Assembly (NCBI GenBank): GCA_037305845.1
Contig: CP147778.1
Location: 2,432,001-2,496,000 of the forward strand
From: Candidatus Freyarchaeum deiterrae
GTDB taxonomy: Archaea > Asgardarchaeota > Jordiarchaeia > Jordiarchaeales > Jordiarchaeaceae
Direction of reading: 5' to 3'
Length of the DNA: 64,000 nt
Part shown: positions 59,157 through 64,000 of the stretch, piece by piece
How positions within the stretch are numbered: the first letter of the stretch is position 1
Layout: each line of letters starts with the position of its first letter
The notes under the pieces: generated by a model
What the model saw: the letters and a program-made list of their open reading frames with translations, nothing else
What the model was told of the DNA's origin: nothing
The model's database searches: none
Program-made: the position numbers and the translations under genes

Positions 59157-61487
59157 TTGAAACAAACATTTAGGATTAGGAAAGCTTCCAAAAAAGCAAT
59201 ACTACTGATAACAGTCCTACTCACAACAATAATAACAATCGCAGCAGTCACCGCAATCCAAAACCAAAACGCAAATCCACTAATCTGTCAGACTCTACTC
59301 ACAAGCACGAACTCCCACGCAAACCAACCAATAATTGTAAAAGCTGACCCAGCCTGGGAAGATGAAACCTTTACGAATACATCAACTTACAGCAACATGG
59401 AAATCATACTGAACGGAAATCTAACAATTGACACCGGAGGAATCCTAACTCTAACCAACGTCACCCTAAGGGTAAACTGCACCACCAACGGTGAACACCA
59501 AATAGAAGTTAAAAACAATGGGACGCTCTACATCAATGGATCCTCAATCATTACAGCCCTAAACACCAGCTACAGATTCCTATTCAAGGTGCAGTCCGGT
59601 TCGACGTTCCAGATGAATAACAGCGAACTACACTATTGCGGATACGAGAATACTTTCAGCAGCAATGATTGTTATGGTCTCTGGATAAACACAAACAACA
59701 CAATTATTATAAACAACACATTCACAGACGGCTTCTACGGAATCATATTATGGTATTCACAAAACAATACAATAATAAACAACACCGCCATAAACAACGA
59801 CTTAGAGGGCTTCACCCTGTGGGACAGTCAGTACAACAACCTTACTGGTAACTACGCCTCAAACAACATATTTACTGGCTTTTCATTGAGTTATAGCTCT
59901 TACAACAATCTTACCGGTAACACGGTCATAAATCCCCCCCTGTTCAATGCTGCTTCTTCAGGCTTCTACATGCAACATAGCTCTTACAACAATCTTACTG
60001 GTAACACCGTTACAAACCCCACCTGGGATGGCTTCTACCTGATCGAATGCCAGTACAACAATCTCACTGGTAACACCGTCACAAACAGCGGACGTGGCTT
60101 CGAACAGTGGAGATGCCAGTACAACACTTTTACTGGTAACAACGCCTCAAACAACGATTACGGAGGCTTCTACGTGTACAATAGCACACATAACACTTTT
60201 ACTGGTAACAACGCCTCAAACAACGGCGGCCTCGGCTTATACCTAGACCCATACTCGAATTACAATAATCTTTCTGGCAACACTGCAAGCAACAACGGCT
60301 ACTACGGCTTCTACCTGGACTCTAGCTCGAACCATAATAATCTTTCTGGCAACACTGCAAACAATAACATACTATACGGCTTCTTCCTAGACTCTAGCCC
60401 CTACAATATGCTTTTAGGTAACAACGCCACAAATAACAACTATAACTTCTACCTCTTGTCCAGCTCGAACAACACTCTTTCGGGCAACACAGCAGCCGCT
60501 CCAGAAATCTACGACATCATTCCGGTGAACATCTTCATTTTTGCGTATCCGACTACTGATACTTGGGTCAGGTATCATGGCTTGTCTGTGGATCAACCTC
60601 TGCCCAATGACTTCTGGAACCATCCAGGCTACACCATCCAACAAACTCCGATATCATTTACCTACACCACGATAAGATACTTTTCCCCAGGGAGCCACTA
60701 CGTCGAGTACGCGAGTTCTGGTTACGTGCCGGACTACGCTTGGCATGCGAGAATATATATCAATAATGTCCTGATGGCGCAAGGAGACGTTGGAAGATTA
60801 AACCACCTCATAGCCAATTTCACAGTGACCAACACCACCTACGGCTTCTGCCTAAACTCCAGCCCGTACAATAATCTTACGGGCAACACCGCAACCAACA
60901 CCACCTACGGCTTCTATTTGGAAGGGTCTTCTACTAATAATAATCTCTTAAATAACACCGCTTTAAACAGTAAAAGTGTAGGATACAACTGGACTACTAA
61001 CTGTATCAATAATGATTTTACGGGCAGTGTGGAGACGAACTACCTGCGCGTGAAAGTCACCGAAGGTCTGGGCTTTCCTATTAACGGTGCGGATGTTGAA
61101 GTTGTGACCGAAGGAACAGTTGTTTACAAGACACCACAATTTAATGGCACAGACAACAAAACTGGCTCGAACGGTGCCACTCCATGGATCGCTGTCACCT
61201 ACAGGACAGGCACGGGAATAGATACAATGACTATGAACACGACCACCGTCACAGTTTACTATCCAGGGTTCAGCGTCTTGGACAATTCGAGAACAGTGGA
61301 AATGTCATTGTCGCACATAGAAACATTCACAGTGGCTACTGAGCAACTTACACTGCTTTCCATCCTGCTGCAGGTTGGAACACAAGGCGGTGGCAGTACC
61401 CTTGTTTACGCAGCTATAAGTGTTACTACCTGTGCAGTTGTGGCAGCAGCGGTTTTGTTCTACTACTTCCGCTTCCATAGAGTATAA
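59157..61487 (+). CDS. Surface protein with NosD-like right-handed beta-helix (PbH1 repeats) and C-terminal TM anchor
   Basis: Repeated 'GF.L..S.YNNLTGNTA.NN' units; N-terminal signal; C-terminal hydrophobic helix. Confidence 0.88.
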   Translation: MKQTFRIRKASKKAILLITVLLTTIITIAAVTAIQNQNANPLICQTLLTSTNSHANQPIIVKADPAWEDETFTNTSTYSNMEIILNGNLTIDTGGILTLTNVTLRVNCTTNGEHQIEVKNNGTLYINGSSIITALNTSYRFLFKVQSGSTFQMNNSELHYCGYENTFSSNDCYGLWINTNNTIIINNTFTDGFYGIILWYSQNNTIINNTAINNDLEGFTLWDSQYNNLTGNYASNNIFTGFSLSYSSYNNLTGNTVINPPLFNAASSGFYMQHSSYNNLTGNTVTNPTWDGFYLIECQYNNLTGNTVTNSGRGFEQWRCQYNTFTGNNASNNDYGGFYVYNSTHNTFTGNNASNNGGLGLYLDPYSNYNNLSGNTASNNGYYGFYLDSSSNHNNLSGNTANNNILYGFFLDSSPYNMLLGNNATNNNYNFYLLSSSNNTLSGNTAAAPEIYDIIPVNIFIFAYPTTDTWVRYHGLSVDQPLPNDFWNHPGYTIQQTPISFTYTTIRYFSPGSHYVEYASSGYVPDYAWHARIYINNVLMAQGDVGRLNHLIANFTVTNTTYGFCLNSSPYNNLTGNTATNTTYGFYLEGSSTNNNLLNNTALNSKSVGYNWTTNCINNDFTGSVETNYLRVKVTEGLGFPINGADVEVVTEGTVVYKTPQFNGTDNKTGSNGATPWIAVTYRTGTGIDTMTMNTTTVTVYYPGFSVLDNSRTVEMSLSHIETFTVATEQLTLLSILLQVGTQGGGSTLVYAAISVTTCAVVAAAVLFYYFRFHRV

Positions 61488-61752
61488 AACGATAAGAACA
61501 CGGATTGGAAAATAATAAACCCCAAAACCAGTGATTCTGAACCTTCACCATCTACAATTTCTTTTTTTATTTAGTACCATAATAATGACACCGACAGCAG
61601 CAAAGTCAGTACGCCAAATAAAAACAATAAAAATGCTACCCTTTAATGAAATAAATTCGTTTATTCTAGAATGAGACATCACCAAATGAGTGGAGAAAAC
61701 ATTAATATGGTTTCGACAATCGGAAGAGCTATGTAAAAGGAGGAAATTTAAA

Positions 61753-62328
61753 ATGAGACTTCTGGGCATTGTTTGCAGCCCGCGCAAAGGCGGAAACACG
61801 GAAATTCTGGTTAAAGAAGCCTTGAAACCGGCTCAGGAAGCCGGTTGGGAAACCGAGTTATTTTTAATGTCAGAAAAACAGGTGGCTCCCTGTGATGCTT
61901 GTGGAGCTTGTTTCAAAACTGGCTCCTGTGTTATTAAAGACGATATGCAAGAACTGTACTCGATGCTTGAACAGGCCGACGGTGTGATAATCGGCAGCCC
62001 GGTCTACTTCGGCAATGTCAGCGCACAGGCCAAAGCGGTCATGGACAGAACCTATGCCATAGCGTTTAAACGAGCACTAAAAGACAAAGTAGCCGGCGCC
62101 ATCGTCGCTGCCAGAAGGGTGGGGGCAGCGCAAGCACGCTCCTTAATATACTCCTTCTGCATTATTCACGGAATGATAGTAGCCGCAGGAGGAATAGGAT
62201 ACGGGGGAGACCCCGGTGATGTCTTAAAGGGAGTAGGAACCATCGGCCCCTCAGCTACGGCAGAAGCACGGCAAGTAGGTATCAGAGTCATGAACCTGGC
62301 GGAACGGCTGACCAAAAGCAAGAAATAA
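61753..62328 (+). CDS. Iron-sulfur flavoprotein / flavodoxin family protein
   Basis: 'GIVCSPRKGGNT', 'CDACGACFKTGSCVIKDDM', 'GSPVYFG'. Confidence 0.9.
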   Translation: MRLLGIVCSPRKGGNTEILVKEALKPAQEAGWETELFLMSEKQVAPCDACGACFKTGSCVIKDDMQELYSMLEQADGVIIGSPVYFGNVSAQAKAVMDRTYAIAFKRALKDKVAGAIVAARRVGAAQARSLIYSFCIIHGMIVAAGGIGYGGDPGDVLKGVGTIGPSATAEARQVGIRVMNLAERLTKSKK

Positions 62329-62598
62329 ATCCATTACAACATTTAAAATGAGCAATAAAAAGGAAGATTATGCCTCAGGTTTTTATTAGTGCATAACTTC
62401 TACATTGCGTAAATCCATATTATCTCCAATTAAGGAGGGGAGGGTGGAGATTATTGTCTCTCTACCTACCATAAATATCATCCACGAACATTTAGCTACA
62501 TAAAAAAATGAAAAAAAAGGGAAAGAGAAATAAATAGCAAAAAAGTAAAGTTCACAAACCAACAATAATGTTACTCAACAAAAAAGGTGAATGTAAAA

Positions 62599-64000
62599 AT
62601 GAAGCTATTCGAACCAATCAAGATAAACACCCTCCAGCTTAAGAATCGTATCACTATGCCCGCCATGCATCTGAATTATATGCGCGTATGATTACTTTGT
62701 ACGCGTAGGTTAAGCAGATCAGGGCTATGTGACTCAGCGATTAATTGATTTTTACGCTGAACGGGCAAAGAATGAGGTAGGTTTGATTCTTGTCGGAGGA
62801 TGTTACACGGAAGTCCTTGCGAAAGGATTCGATACAATGATTAGAATAGATCAGGATGATGCTATTCCAGGTCTTTCAAAACTCACTGAAGCTATTCATG
62901 AGGGTGGTGCCAAATGTGGTGCGCAGTTATACCACTCGGGAAGATACTCGTTTTCTGCGGTGATAGGTCAGGCGTCTGTGAGTGCTTCGGCAGTACAATC
63001 GAAATTCACAGGTGAGACTCCAAGGGCTCTGACGAAGGAGGAAATTCTACAAACTGAGGAGAATTTTGGTGAGGCTGCTCTTAGAGCTAAAAAGGCGAAT
63101 TTCGATGCTGTGGAGCTTATTGCTTCGGCGGGGTACTTGATTCCGCAGTTCCTTTCGCCGCTCACTAATAAGAGGGATGATGAGTATGGTGGTGATCTTA
63201 GTGCTAGGGCGCGGTTCGGTGTTGAGTGTATTCAGGCTATTAGGGACAAGGTTGGGGATGATTATCCCTTGATTATGCGGCTTTCTGGGGATGATATGAT
63301 GCCTGGGGGTAACACTTACCGGGAAGTCAGGGAATACGCTCCTTTATTCGCGGAGGCGGGTGTGGATATGTTTAATGTTACTGGGGGTTGGCATGAGTCG
63401 ACTGTTCCTCAGATTACTATGAATGTTCCGCGGGGTACCTATGTTTGGCTGGCTGAGAATGTTAAAGAGGTTGTTGATGTGCCGGTTATGGCGTGTAACC
63501 GGATTACTGATCCTTTGATGGCGGAGCAGGTTCTTCTTGATGGTAGGGCGGATCTTGTGGGTTTGGGTCGGGGTTTGCTCTGTGACCCGGAGTGGGCTAG
63601 GAAAGCTAAGGAGGGGCGTTTCCGCGAGATTCGGCAGTGTTTGGGTTGTAATCAGGGTTGCTTTGACCATGTGTTTGCACTTCAGCCTGTGGAGTGTTTG
63701 GCGAATGCTGCTGCGAGTCGTGAGGCGGAGTATCGGATTAAGCCTGCTGCTAAGCGTAAAAAGGTACTTATTATTGGTGGCGGACCGGGTGGTATGGAGG
63801 CTGCGAGGGTTGCGAAGCTTAGGGGTCATGATGTTACTCTTTACGAGAAGACTTACACGCTGGGCGGTCAGCTGAACCTAGCCGCGGCACCACAAGACAG
63901 GCGGGAGTTCAAGAATCTGGTTGACTACCTGTCTTATCAAATGAGTTTGCTCGGTGTTAACGTGGTTTTGGGTAAGGAGGTTACTCCTGATGTTGTCAAG
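62599..64000 (+). CDS. NADH:flavin oxidoreductase (Old Yellow Enzyme / FadH-like with Fe-S and FAD domains), spliced: join(62599-62679, 62714->64000), runs off the window
   Basis: MKLFEPIKINTLQLKNRITMPAMHLNY|ADQGYVTQRLIDFYAERAK...QLYHSGRY...GYLIPQFLSPLTNKRDDEYGG...CLGCNQGC...IIGGGPGG. Missing from the ORF track. Confidence 0.9.
62680..62713 (+). other. 34-nt BHB-type intron in the OYE/FadH-like gene
   Basis: atctg-AATT-AT^A-tgcgcgta-tgattactttg-tacgcgta-GGTT-AA^G-cagat: a complete helix-bulge-helix-bulge-helix. In-frame TGA inside. Confidence 0.9.

Noticed and set aside
62420-62470. Hairpin and AAGGAGGGGAG resembling the IS605 right end
   Set aside because: The similarity is too short to call a MITE or IS remnant.
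62968-63875. ORFs 62968-63165, 63344-63829 and 63537-63875
   Set aside because: Shadow frames of the OYE/FadH-like gene, which the ORF track missed because it runs off the window.

Overview
A 64-kb archaeal chromosomal segment, most likely from an Asgard archaeon. This is inferred from a gelsolin-domain gene, Alba, an A/V-type ATPase and a eukaryote-like SECIS downstream of a Sec-containing selD. The main result is that three unrelated protein-coding genes are each interrupted by a 30-34-nt hairpin insert: a conserved hypothetical gene (2236-2827), selD (25950-27005) and an Old Yellow Enzyme/FadH-like reductase (62599->64000). Each insert folds with its exon flanks into the bulge-helix-bulge (BHB) substrate of the archaeal tRNA-splicing endonuclease and carries an in-frame stop. 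Cutting at the canonical BHB positions restores the frame and a conserved motif exactly. All three follow a Tyr codon and end in AA. This points to recurrent BHB-type mRNA introns. selD also has a probable CTG start, an in-frame UGA (GUSCK) and a 3'-UTR SECIS. Other content: a group 4 membrane-bound [NiFe]-hydrogenase/complex I-like system in two divergent blocks around gcvH-lplA-selD; a scattered A/V-ATPase cluster containing a 2.1-kaa surface protein; a tnpB-only IS605-family element with a rearranged RuvC site; a hypervariable helical-repeat protein; MoxR/vWA; a CDC48-N-vWA fusion; pyrF; trmI; a frameshifted AmmeMemoRadiSam radical SAM gene; and assorted metabolic genes. No rRNA, tRNA or CRISPR array was seen. 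All structures and alignments were read by eye; no searches or folding programs were run.
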